The notes below the pieces were generated by a model. It searched no databases. It was not told where the DNA came from and worked only from the letters and a program-made list of their open reading frames with translations. Positions 10,860 to 22,200 of a stretch of 64,000 nt of DNA are shown in pieces. Position 1 is the first letter of the stretch. Every line of letters starts with the position of its first letter. The stretch is from Glycera tridactyla (lineage: Eukaryota): NCBI GenBank assembly GCA_965644265.1, contig OZ286459.1, forward strand, positions 131,316,001-131,380,000, in the 5' to 3' direction. The position numbers and the translations under genes were made by a program.

Positions 10860-12117
10860 GGCATCTGTTGTTAATCAATGCAGGGTGTGTATGTATGCCG
10901 ACGACACTGCGCTTCTTACCACTGCTAAATCTAAGCATGTTATCTGTGATAAACTCCATTCTGATATGGAGTCAGTTGGTCAATGGTCAGCTCTTAACAA
11001 ACTGAGTCTCAACACTTCAAAATCAAAAACAATGTTTTTTGGAATCAGCCAAAGACTAGCGAGCTCAGTGAATATAGAAATCTCACTTGAATTTGAAACG
11101 GTTACATCTTTTAATTATCTAGGAGTCTGGCTGAACCCCTGGCTATCCTTCGAAACACATGTGGACAAACTGTGTAGCAAGGTCAAGTCCAGATCAGGCA
11201 TGCTCCGCCGCTTGCGACCCCGCATTGACAAGAATCTAGCAATTCATCTTTTTAAAACAATGATTCTATTTATTATAAGTTATGGTGATACCATACATGC
11301 AGGTTTGAACAAACAGCTATCTCGAAGACTTGCTGTTCTAGTTAACTCAGGAATTCACACCTGTCTGAGGTGTGATCCTCGTACCCCAACCGATATACGG
11401 TACGCTGACTCTGGGTTATACACTCTAACTCAAACAAGAAATGTCCACACTGTGTGCGATTTTTAAAAGATTGTGAATGGTGAATGTGCAACAAGCTCCG
11501 GAAAAACATTCGCAAATTTATTTATTCCTGGAACTCGAATGACTAGAGCTATGGAAAGAGGGTCCCTGTGCATCCCTGGAACACGCCTAAAATAATCTGA
11601 GGCTGTCTTCCATAAACGATGAGCCTATCTGTGGAATAGCTTGGAAGAGTGCTCCAGGGCAGCACCCTCTATCAGCAGTCTTAAACGCTGTCTGAGAAAT
11701 GACCCTTCTTTCTCAACCTACTTGATAGCGTGCAAATATTAAAGTCTATCTATATGAATTTATCGACTGCATATGCTCCCATTCGTGGGACTGTCTAATT
11801 CTAATTCATGTTAGTTTCACAGCACCTTTTAACATCTCACACTTGAATATTTTTTCTCAACCGCGTACTACCTGTATTTTATTTTATATTTATGGTATTA
11901 TTCTATTCTCATTCATATGTGTTACTTGATCATTCTCATGTAATGTATTGCCAGACCTGTACCCGCATCCTGTTTTGATCACATTGTTATTATTTTACCA
12001 TCTTTTTGTATGTATTGTATTGCCATGCTTGTAAATGTGTTTTTGTACTCGACAGGGGACGAAATGGTCTCGACCCTCCCTGAAGAGTATAAATAAAGTT
12101 TCTCAAAGTTTCAAAGT
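10860..12117 (+). mobile_element. 5'-truncated, decayed CR1/L2-group LINE
   Basis: MYADDTAL, KLSLNTSKSKTMFFG, FNYLGVWL, HVDKLCSKV. Coding continues past in-frame stops to AYLWNSL (~11730). A 3' UTR follows, with a CAGGG...CCCTG hairpin, AATAAA and a short AAAGTTT(C) repeat tail. Confidence 0.9.
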
Positions 12118-13011
12118 TCAATGAAATGGATAGTTAAGATTTAGATTCGAACATGATATGATATGTAAAAATGAAATTAGGTGTGGAAATATATATACCA
12201 ACTGATAGAACAGATCATCAGCCTGAATACTAGATGGTATACTGTCACCATGGATACCTTGACAACCATTGCTATTGCGCCAAATATCATTCAGACGATC
12301 AATTTTAGGACATTTTGGTCTGGTGCAATGCCAATCTACATCATAGAGGGTCATATTCGGTGTCAATTCTTCCATTCATTACGGCTCTCAATATTTGTAC
12401 ATGTTCATTCAAGGTATGTTACTCATCGGGTAGGAATTATTCATAAGAATATCCAAATTAGGTTTGCAATGATATTCAGCAGCTAGATTCCGAATAGAGC
12501 TTTAGTTTCTCTATGTTCATCCGTGTATCATGGCAACAGATTCACCGGTAACATACTTTCGCGTCTCCAATCATCCTGATAGTATCAGCTCACACTGAAA
12601 TTTTTCCAACAAGTTTTCTTTATGCAAAATGAATCACACAGGATGGGGTTACACGTAGGATGTCTGATTTTGAGTGGCACGAACTCAAGCAGATATAGAG
12701 AGTTACACGTGAAGACGGACAGGGACAAATATTCGTCTGTGATGGGTTATGTTATTGTTCCACTGTTGACTGACTATCAGTGACCTCCAAAGTAGCGACT
12801 GCGTCGAATTGCTAATTGTGATTGATGGTCATATCGAGTGACCCTCATACTGTCTCTCGGACATTTTGAAGACGGTGGGGGCATCGTTTCACTACATTGA
12901 ATATGGTGCTCACCATGGTCACAGTTGCACATGTTCAGTCCGGAGGCGTATCGTGATGCGTCCTTGCGAGTAAGTGGTCAGATTCAAAGATACACACGCA
13001 GATTCCAGACC

Positions 13012-13600
13012 TGCGTGGGCATGATGTCACTGATTCAGCAGGCACCGCGTGGGCATGATGTCACTGATTGCTGCAGCAGGTACCACGTGGGCATGATGTC
13101 ACTGATTCAGCAGGCACCGTGTGGGCATGATGTCACTGATTCAGCAGGCACCGCATGGGCATGATGTCACTGATTGCTTCAGCGTGTACCGCGTGGGCAT
13201 GATGTCACTGATTCAGCAGGCACTGTGTGGGCATGATGTCACTGATTCAGCAGGAACCGCGTGGGCATGATGACACTGATTGCTGCAGCAGGTACCATGT
13301 GGGCATGATGTCACTGATTCAGCAGGCACCGCGTGGGCATGATGTCACTGATTCAGCAGGCACCGCATGGGCATGATGTCACTGATTGCTTCAGCGTGTA
13401 CCGCGTGGGCATGATGTCACTGATTCAGCAGGCACTGTGTTGGCATGATGTCACTGATTCAGCAGGAACCGCGTGGGCACGATGTCACTGAATCAGCAGG
13501 CAACGCGTGGGCATGATGTCACTGAATGAGCAGGCACCATCTGGGCATGATGTCACTGATTCAGCAGGCACCACGTGGGCATGATGTCACTGATTGCTCC
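13012..13600. repeat. Minisatellite of 34/38-bp units (GTGGGCATGATGTCACTGATTCAGCAGGCACCGC), ~17 copies, with higher-order structure
   Basis: The ATGATG core recurs at 13021, 13055, 13093, 13127, 13161, 13199 ... 13581, giving periods 34,38,34,34,38,34,34,38,34,34,38,34... Confidence 0.97.
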
Positions 13601-14249
13601 AGCCATCCTGGCTACATGACCCTTAAAGAGGTCACGGAAGGGCTGCCTTCAGCCAATAGGTGCTTAGTAGACCAAGAGCTGTGTTGGGAAATCCCGATGA
13701 GAGCTCTATAACCCTGATGATTCTATATTGAATAGTACACATTCAGCTGATTCCAACAATGAGTAGAAATTTGAATTGAGAAAATGTATTTATACGCCTC
13801 TCCTGTGAGTAACCAGGTCCATAGGGATATCCTTCATGAGTAGGTGAGAGAGACTTCAAATCCAATTATCTCAAAAACAACCAGTTGTTGCTATGCTGAT
13901 TTTTTCATGTGGGGAGTGCGGAAACATAGTACCATCGCAAGGCAGTTGGATGCTGGTTTTGGGAGGGGGAATTTGACAAATTTAACATTGAAAAGATAGA
14001 AATTTCTTTTAGCATGAGCTTGTGACCCTGATATTCGACAAGAGCGTCAGTATGCATGTCCACAGATGAAACTGTATCCAATGTTCACAATCAAACTTCT
14101 CAAACTGACACATGTTCTCATTGGACAAGTATCCGGATAATTTCACCTCCAGGAAACATGGGCTGCCTTAGTTTACTTAGAGGCAGGGCATGACACGAGT
14201 GGGTAATGTATTCATACAACCATTGAGAGGCCCTGATACATTCAATGAA

Positions 14250-14475
14250 ACTATACGAGGAAAATTGCCCATGCATGATGATGGTTCCACTTTTATTCAT
14301 ACCATATATGAATGACATATGGGATGGGATAAACCATAGCCATGTCTATTTATATCCTCATGACACCGCTCTGTGTCAGAGGGGCCATAACATCACTGGC
14401 ATTAGGCACCATACGAGTCGCGACCTACTGGGATTGTCTAGCTAATTTCTACAGGCAGAACCCACACTGAATGAG
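14250..14475 (+). pseudogene. Highly decayed CR1-group RT fragment
   Basis: PLLFIPYMND...VYLYPHDTAL...DLLGLSS resembles GPLLF.IY.ND...LYADDT...DL..LS.W. Confidence 0.6.
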
Positions 14476-14739
14476 GCTATATCCTGTTCCATGCATGATG
14501 GAACTGACCAATGACTCGAGCTATCTCATGTACCCCCTAAAATGCCATTGCCCTTGTATTAAAGATATATCAATACAAACTGATTTTCCAGACACCCCTA
14601 CTTCTCAAATCATCAATATAAATTCATTTCCAAAGAAGAAACAACAAACTCATATCATCATATGAGAGGACGGCATATCTGCATGAATGTTTGACACGGC
14701 ATGTGCCCCTAGGCACGTGATCATCGATCCTGCTGCCAT

Positions 14740-14912
14740 GTCAATTTCGTATACCTATTCCAACCCCAAGTATCTAGCGGTACAACTGAATCTAACCGAC
14801 TGTTCCGTCGTTTCTTCAAGTAACTCCCCCAAGGCCAAATTTGAAGAGACACAATGTCCAGACCTGACGCCTTATTTGAACTCAGACTACATACATGGTC
14901 GAGTATTGACAA
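14740..14912 (-). pseudogene. Decayed LINE ORF2 fragment (region just N-terminal to the RT core)
   Basis: CSLSSNKASGLDIVS and NSRLDSVVPLDTW resemble L...KA.G.D.I and N.SL..G..P..WK. Confidence 0.45.
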
Positions 14913-16233
14913 AATGTAAAAGCCGTTTCATGAATCAAACATATATATGTATAAACTGATTGAAATTTTACCCATGCTTCTGCGGTAACTATTCTATGCC
15001 ATAAGGGATCCCCATATAATATCATATTTTCTAATTTCACCACCACTGAAACGTTTATGCCTTGGCATTCAGGTGCAATGGTTCTATTCTTGGACATGTT
15101 AGACCTGCAGCAACAATGAAATGAGACACCAAAGATCACTTGCGAGCAAACACGACCACTACCTGTCACCATTTCCTTTGTCGGAATATCTCCTATTTAA
15201 TTCGACTGATGTCAAAATGCAGCTTTGCTTTGTGACAATATTTGTATACTGTCTATCTTCACATCGCTTGATACATCCAGGTCCTGCTGGTCTTCAAGCC
15301 ATCATGGTTCACGATTGAAGCATCTAATCAGATGTTTCCATCATTGACTACGCCGGTCTCGAGTTTGACATGAAAGCATCTCCGCTACATCAAAACTGCA
15401 TTAGAGCTGAATTCAACTCTTTCAATGTCCTTCAAAGCCAGGACACAGATGTGACATATGTATCTTGAATATGAGTGAGGTCGAATAGACAGACGCAAAT
15501 GCTTGTCTAGACCGTACTGAAGGCATCTTCATCGACTCAATCAATTACCCGACGCATGCAGAACTGGCCAAGACGTCGATGCCGGAAATCACACGAATAA
15601 GGCTAGGCGGCTTTGAATAATGGAACCAATCACAATCCTGAAGCAATCAGTTGCCAAATGAATATGCCCTATTGCATTCGACCTGAACTATGACCAGACC
15701 CCCACCCCCCACCTCAAGCCCACATATCACTGCCATATGCCTAATGCCGGGATTTTACTCTCTACTGCTCTATGCATTGCAAGAATATCAATACATCATC
15801 GTATAATGACTTATTTCTTTGTAACTACGNNNNNNNNNNNNNNNNNNNNNNNNNNNNNNNNNNNNNNNNNNNNNNNNNNNNNNNNNNNNNNNNNNNNNNN
15901 NNNNNNNNNNNNNNNNNNNNNNNNNNNNNNNNNNNNNNNNNNNNNNNNNNNNNNNNNNNNNNNNNNNNNNNNNNNNNNNNNNNNNNNNNNNNNNNNNNNN
16001 NNNNNNNNNNNNNNNNNNNNNNNNNNNNNNNNNNNNNNNNNNNNNNNNNNNNNNNNNNNNNNNNNNNNNNNNNNNNNNNNNNNNNNNNNNNNNNNNNNNN
16101 NNNNNNNNNNNNNNNNNNNNNNNNNNNNNNNNNNNNNNNNNNNNNNNNNNNNNNNNNNNNNNNNTATTTTGTCCATAGTCAGTTCAGTCGCAGCAGCAGG
16201 AAGATCAGCTCATCAGCAGTCGAAGTGGGGGAA

Positions 16234-16854
16234 CTAAGCTGTGGTACTAGTACCAGTAGTTGTTGTAGCAGCTGTCGTAGCAGTGGTGGTAGTAGTAGTA
16301 GTTGTACTAGCACTAGTGATTCCGATAGTTTTAGTAACAGTAGATTTATGCATGGTAACAGTACGCGTAGTGAAGGTAGTAGTAGTAGTGGTAGTAGTAG
16401 TAGTAGTAGTAATGGTTAGGGTAGAAGTAGTAGCAGTATTAGTAGAAGTAGTAGCTGTTGTAGTGGTGGTATTTAGGATATAGTGAATCAATTTATAATA
16501 CTGATTGATGTTTTGAAAAGTAATTGTATGGAATTGGTTGATATCTCTGGCAGTAAGAGAAAATCTCGGACACATCATGGTTGCTTGCTGTTTTGTCACA
16601 TCCGGTCTAATCTGATTCGAAAGTTGCTCGTGAATTATGGATGACACGTTGATTCCACCGGGTGCCATTGCATTTGCTGCAAAGCGGAGAAGTACATTCT
16701 GCTTACCTCTGGTAAGCCCCTGGATACTGTAATTCGCTTCTTCATCCGTGTATACCACTGATTCGACAGCCCTTGTCACCTTGCAGGATAGATCAAGTAA
16801 ATACGAATCGCCATCTATCGGCTCAGGCAGAAAATACGTAATGATACAGCACAC
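16234..16854 (-). CDS. Orphan ORF: ~125 unique codons followed by a poly-Thr tract derived from (GTA)n repeats
   Basis: Long stop-free unique segment (LLDLSCKVTRAVESVVYTDEEANYSIQGLTRGKQNVLLRF...). No ATG start and an upstream in-frame stop, so probably a relic. Confidence 0.3.
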   Translation of the reverse strand: MCCIITYFLPEPIDGDSYLLDLSCKVTRAVESVVYTDEEANYSIQGLTRGKQNVLLRFAANAMAPGGINVSSIIHEQLSNQIRPDVTKQQATMMCPRFSLTARDINQFHTITFQNINQYYKLIHYILNTTTTTATTSTNTATTSTLTITTTTTTTTTTTTFTTRTVTMHKSTVTKTIGITSASTTTTTTTTATTAATTTTGTSTTA

Positions 16855-17796
16855 TCCATGAAACTGTCGATTACTTCAATAACATTGTTATATCAGATGC
16901 TGAAAGACAGCTTGTTTGTATTTAGTGATACTCGCTTTGAAAGGAAACAGGATCTAGGGAAGAATGTAGGAACGAAGGGCCACAAGATGGTAGCTTCTCG
17001 TTAATTTGGCACTAGTAAGATCTATGTAGGTGGGTTGGCACGCGCGCTAATCACGTCTAAATCCGGGCATTCATTGCCACGTGCAAGCTGGCTGGCGTGT
17101 TCCCGCCAATTCGTCACCGACGGACGTGAGTTGACACGTCAGCAACGGCACACAGAAAAAAAATATTAACGCTTTCGCGCTTGGATGGATCTCAAATCAC
17201 AAACATTACTCATGTCAGTATCAATTGAAGTAGCATCGGGAATATATCAGAAACGATAAATACTGTTGCGTGTCACAGCTGTTCTGTTCAACTTGAAGTA
17301 AATTTCCTACAATAACGTGTGATTAGTGCATCCGATTATCCATGTGAAAAACAGATCTTGTACACCAAAGATTAATCTTTGCAGAGAATATGAATGATAA
17401 CTCTGGTTCCTAAGTGTGCAATTTCGATTTTTCAATGCCCATCCAGAAATCAGCGACTTCAAAGCTATAGGTTCAAATTGAACGTCGGCCAAATTCCTTT
17501 TTTATGCCTCATTAGGATTTGTCAATGAAGCGTAAATTTCACAAATCAGAAGATGCATATCGAATGATTACCAACTGGTACAAGTGACATCAGATATGAT
17601 ACCTGACGAAGATATTCGCGTACGACGAAACTGCCGTATAAATTGTAGGGCCACCTGAGTTTGTATGGCGACACCAACTCTCGACATCCTCACCCCTGCA
17701 CCCTTTGGTTTGTGCATAAGCATATAATGTATCCGACATCAGCAATAGAGGGCAGATATAGACTTTGCAGGGGAGTGAGACGTCCGTGGACACGTA

Positions 17797-17990
17797 CCCC
17801 GATGCAAAATCTGACCATGTGTTGTTTACCCAGACGCAGAATCTGACAATGTAGTGTTTACCCAGACGCAAAATCTGACCATGTATTGTTTAACCAGACG
17901 CAGAATCTGACAATGTATTGTTCATCCAGACGTAGATTCTGACCATGTAGTGTTCATCCAGATGCGAAATCTGACCGTGAATTGTATTTC
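17797..17990. repeat. 32-bp minisatellite, ~6 copies (CCAGACGCAGAATCTGACAATGTAGTGTTTAC)
   Basis: CAGACGC at 17831 and 17863, with diverging copies on both sides. Confidence 0.9.
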
Positions 17991-18076
17991 AAGACTGTTC
18001 ATTCTGACGGCGATATTTGAATTAGATATTACCATTCAAACTGTGAGGATGGGTGAACCAACCATTTTGGGATATA

Positions 18077-19030
18077 CCTTTACATAGGGCGGGCGACTAC
18101 GCGCGACTTCGCGCGATCTCAAATCCGCCCGTCGTCGCAAAGAAATTCGCGCATGGTCGCGCGTAGTCGCCCGTCGTCGCACGAAGTCTCGAGCCGTCGC
18201 CTGTGTCTACGGGGCCGCCGCGGAAGTTTTGAAATGTTCAAAACTTTCGCGCACGATCGCGCGACTGGAATTAATTCGCCCGGAGTCGCGAGTTGGCGCG
18301 AGCAGTCGCGAGCAGTCACGGGCAGTCGCACGGATGCCGCACGGATGCCGCACGGATGCCGCGCGCGGTCGCAGGCGGTTTATGTCGGATTTCTAGCAAA
18401 CTGGGTATAAATACAGGTAGTTGGCTGGCTGACTGACTGACTGATGATTGGCTGGCTGACTGATGATTGGCTGGTTGGCTGACTGACTGATGACTGGCTG
18501 GTTGACTGACTGATGACTGACTGGTTGGCTGACTGATGATTGGCTGGCTGACTGACTGATGACTGGCTGGCTGACTGGCTGGCTGACTGACTGATGACTG
18601 GCTGGATGGTTGGCTGACTGACTGATGATTGGCTGGCTGACTGACTGACTGATGATTGGCTGGTTGGCTGACTGATGACTGACTGACTGATGATAGTCGT
18701 GTGAACGTCGCCCGTTGTCGCGGGCAGTCTCGGGAAGTCGCGCGAACGCCGCGGGACCGCCGCGCGCAGTCGCACGAAGTCGCGCGAAATCGCGCGAAGT
18801 CGCCAGCATAAATCCGCGCGTAGTCGCGCGTTGTCGCCTGTCGTCGCATACAGCCGCGCGCGGGCGCGGGAACGCCGTGTGTTTGCGCGGGAAAGCCGCC
18901 TCTTGGCGCCAAATCAGCCCGGACCACCCGGATCGCGTGAGAATCGCGCGGCATTCACACGGATTTGGTCGAAAAAAAGATCGCGCGAAGTCGCAGACTG
19001 GCGCCTGCCCTCGCCCGCCCTATGTAAAGG
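18077..19030. mobile_element. Non-autonomous TIR DNA transposon (MITE-like) with an internal compound microsatellite
   Basis: Perfect 20-bp TIR CCTTTACATAGGGCGGGCGA (18077-18096 / 19011-19030) and subterminal inverted GCGACTTCGCGCGATC motifs. The body is CpG-rich. Confidence 0.88.
18417..18693. repeat. Compound (CTGA/CTGG/TGAT) microsatellite inside the MITE
   Basis: Direct reading: ggctgactgactgatgattggctggctgact... Confidence 0.95.
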
Positions 19031-21276
19031 CGCCTTTATGAAATATGTCATACACCAAAAAGAAGTCAGTGGCAGATCAGGAATGATAATCCTGGCTGTC
19101 ACTAGTTGATAGTATTATGGCAGGTCGGGGCTATCTATACCAGACTTGAAAAAGATCAACACTAGCGTATCACTCCTTCTAGTAAATCATGCATCCATCA
19201 AATTATGAATTCCAACATCAATTCATATATCAATTCCTTCAAAACATGGATAATTTTCTTCTTTCTTCTGACCATGTGAATTGGCAGGCATGTTCTCAGG
19301 TATGTCATCGAACATAGGGTATGATGATATGTTTGGTTTCTGCATTGCAATATTCCGACAAAGGAAGGGGCGATGGTCGATTCCTTTTGTTTCTTTTTTT
19401 CGAAGAAGATAGGCACTAAAGTGCAATCTGTGCACACACACAACGCATGCGCTGAACATAGCTCTCTGATGCAAAAGGTTAAGCTGTGTGTGCACCGCAC
19501 TCGATTTGAAGCGCAGCCTCAAGATGAGCAGCCTTTCTTGCGCATGCGTGCGGTCTGGTGTGGCATTCAGGTGACGTGAGGAGACGTTAGTTTAGCTGAC
19601 GTCATCACTTGCCTTCATCTGGCATAATTGGAACAGAAGCCTGCAATTACTGACAATGGCCACTTATCCCTCCTGCAGCATACTGCCATCGGAAAAACAT
19701 TGAGCAGACAGGCTTGTGGGACACCTCCAACCTGTGAACAGAGATGGCAACTCATCCACCAACACGTACAAATCGCAACGAGAAAACACCTTGCATTACC
19801 ATCATCCATATACTTTTTGTCTGTCTCCATATCCTCATCTCCCAACGTGATATACATCTATAATCTTTTCTAACAGCAGCCCATCTGCTCGAAACAGGTA
19901 GATTGTTCTGTTGGGCAGGTGGAAGTTCAGTATGAATGCAAACATGAGCAGGATAGGTTGATTTTCCAGGTGGACAGGTAAATTTTCCTGTGCTTATGTC
20001 GTCGAGGCAAATCATGCTGAAGTCAGATTTGTATGATAACAATAAAACACAATACTTCATATATTTCACTAGTGCCATTATTTTGCGAAGAATCACATCG
20101 ATCATTTGCTCTTGCTTTCCCCGAATGACTGTACGAAAAGCATACAACACATGTAATTTTCGGATATCCTGCATTCACTTGATGATATTCCATATGATAT
20201 CCTAAAAAAAAATTGTTGTTTTTTTCGATTTTTTATGAATTAGAGATCCAACCAACAAATCGCAAAGTCACACTTCCAATGTTTCTCGAGGAATGTTCCC
20301 TTGATGAAAGGGAATCCTCATCTTGGATGCTGGTGCAACGGAGACATAGTGCCAGGTCAAAAAATGTGATTTTGATATGAAATATTGGGTACCCTGGTTA
20401 CCATGGCGTCAGATATAAGATCTGCATTACTTCAAAACCCTATGTTGTGGCAATGTGAACATATCTTTCATTCGTCTGAATGTATAGTCAATGTTATCAC
20501 ATACTTGATATTCCTGGAGTTGGATTTCCAACTTCGATATCCCCACAACTTGCATCAGAGACATAAGTGGTCTTCTCATTCAGTACTGAATGGAAAGGCA
20601 CTGACTCAACATTAAATACCACAATCAGCGCTGAGGTGTGGGATCTACTGTGTCTTGAAGGCATCTGGATCCGCCTATATTTCCGGTATATATGAATGGA
20701 AATGCTGACAGGGCAGTCAAAGTATGCAGTCTGGAGTGCCAGCATTGGCTTACCAGCACCCGGAAATTAAAGGAATACTCAATGGAAACGACTGGGATGA
20801 AGGAACTCCGGAATTGTCAGCTGAGTGACATTCGATTAATGATTCTGTTTGAGTAGAATGAATGTCTCATGGGAGAGGGGCGACTCCATTCCCGTCCATC
20901 AAAGAAGTAGTATATCATATGCATTATATCGTGTGAGTGCTCCTTTGGAGAGAGCTCTAGGCATACATGGTCTAGACGACAGCAAGGCAAACATGCCGCT
21001 AGCAAGAAAGCATGTACTCGTGATTAAATCACTAATCAGTTGCTACGGGGCTGCTAACGACACTCCCAAGCTGGTTCTACACTGTGCTGTCTTGCTCATA
21101 TATACTAATCCGAGATGAGTCGTCATCACAAACTAATTCATATTTACTCAGCTGGAAACACTGCTCGTTGAGTTCCCAGCTCAGTTAGGAAAACCCACAC
21201 AGTAAATCATGCAATAATTGGATGGCATCAACGGTATATCGTGTGAACTTACCTAGTTTTTTCCCTCCACGCGTCC

Positions 21277-22200
21277 ACAGTTCTGATCACCACATTTAAC
21301 CCTAAAAACAATCAGATGAAGGACATACTCAGATTGAACTGGGAGATCCTTGAACGCTCATCAGCAACGAAACTACTGGCTGACAAAAAAGTCATTTTTG
21401 GCAACAGACACCCCCAAAACTTGAGCAATATGCTTGTGAGAGCAAAATTGCCAAGCATAGAGCCACCGTCGAAGGAACGGAGAACATGCTCAGAGGGCAG
21501 AAATTACTGCAAGACCAAGAAATGCAATCACTGTCCAAAACTGAGTACCTCTGGCAAAATTGTGAGTAACTTTACAGGAGTCCAATACAGCACAAAGCAT
21601 AACATCACCTGTGAGAGCTCAAATTTGATTTGATGCATCACCTGTAAGCACTGCGGTAAACAGTATGTAGGCCAAACTAGCACGACAATAATGAAAAGAC
21701 CTCAAGCCATTTTGACAGAATCCAAAGATCAGTCCTGATTGATGACATTGGCAAACACTTTAATCTCCCTGACCACCATGGGAAAGAGGATGTTGAAGTA
21801 TTTGTTCTGGATTTCGTCTACTGCCATCCAGACGCTGAGTACGCCAAATCACTGAGACTACAAATAGAAAATAACTGGAATTTTAGGGTGTCCACTCCAG
21901 ACCCCACATTCCTACCTAAGGGTGGCATAGTCCTCCTAACCCAGTTCTTCAAGTGAAGACTGAGATGACCCAGTTAGGGCATTTTTTGTAGGATTCAATT
22001 CCCTATGGGCCTTCTGATCAATTCATGGGGCATGTCTGATTGCCTATGGTATATTAGGCATGTGTCGGGAGTTGGTCGCGGACCCAGGAGGGAGACCAGA
22101 GGTTACTTCTATAAGTGCCTGATGAGGAGTGTTGTCTCTGAAACCGAAGGGATGGTAACGCCAAATAAGCCATTTGGCAATTGAAATGTCAATAAATACA
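21277..22200 (+). mobile_element. Decayed 5'-truncated Penelope-like element: GIY-YIG endonuclease plus 3' region
   Basis: LITTFNP...ILRLNWEIL...NLSNMLVRAKL; C-x2-C (CNHC); SNLI*CITCKHCGKQYVGQT; after a frameshift IGKHFNLPDHH...LQIENNW. A hammerhead-like motif lies ~200 nt downstream. Confidence 0.88.
22114..22162 (+). ncRNA. Type I hammerhead ribozyme-like motif (partly decayed) in the PLE 3' region
   Basis: CUGAUGA (22119-25); stem II GGAG/CUCU; GAAA (22140-43); stem III ACCG/UGGU; GUA triplet; weak stem I (GUGC/ACGC with a C.A mismatch). Confidence 0.55.

Noticed and set aside
13012-13600. Repeat array as a CRISPR locus
   Set aside because: Units are contiguous with no unique spacers, there are no cas genes, and the context is eukaryotic.
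18119-19109. Many overlapping ORFs (SQSVSQ/QPAN repeats, Arg/Ala-rich)
   Set aside because: Translations of a microsatellite and GC-rich MITE arms.
21631-21633. In-frame TGA in the PLE GIY-YIG motif as selenocysteine recoding
   Set aside because: The position is normally Tyr rather than Cys, the element has further frameshifts and stops, and I see no SECIS; decay is the simpler explanation.
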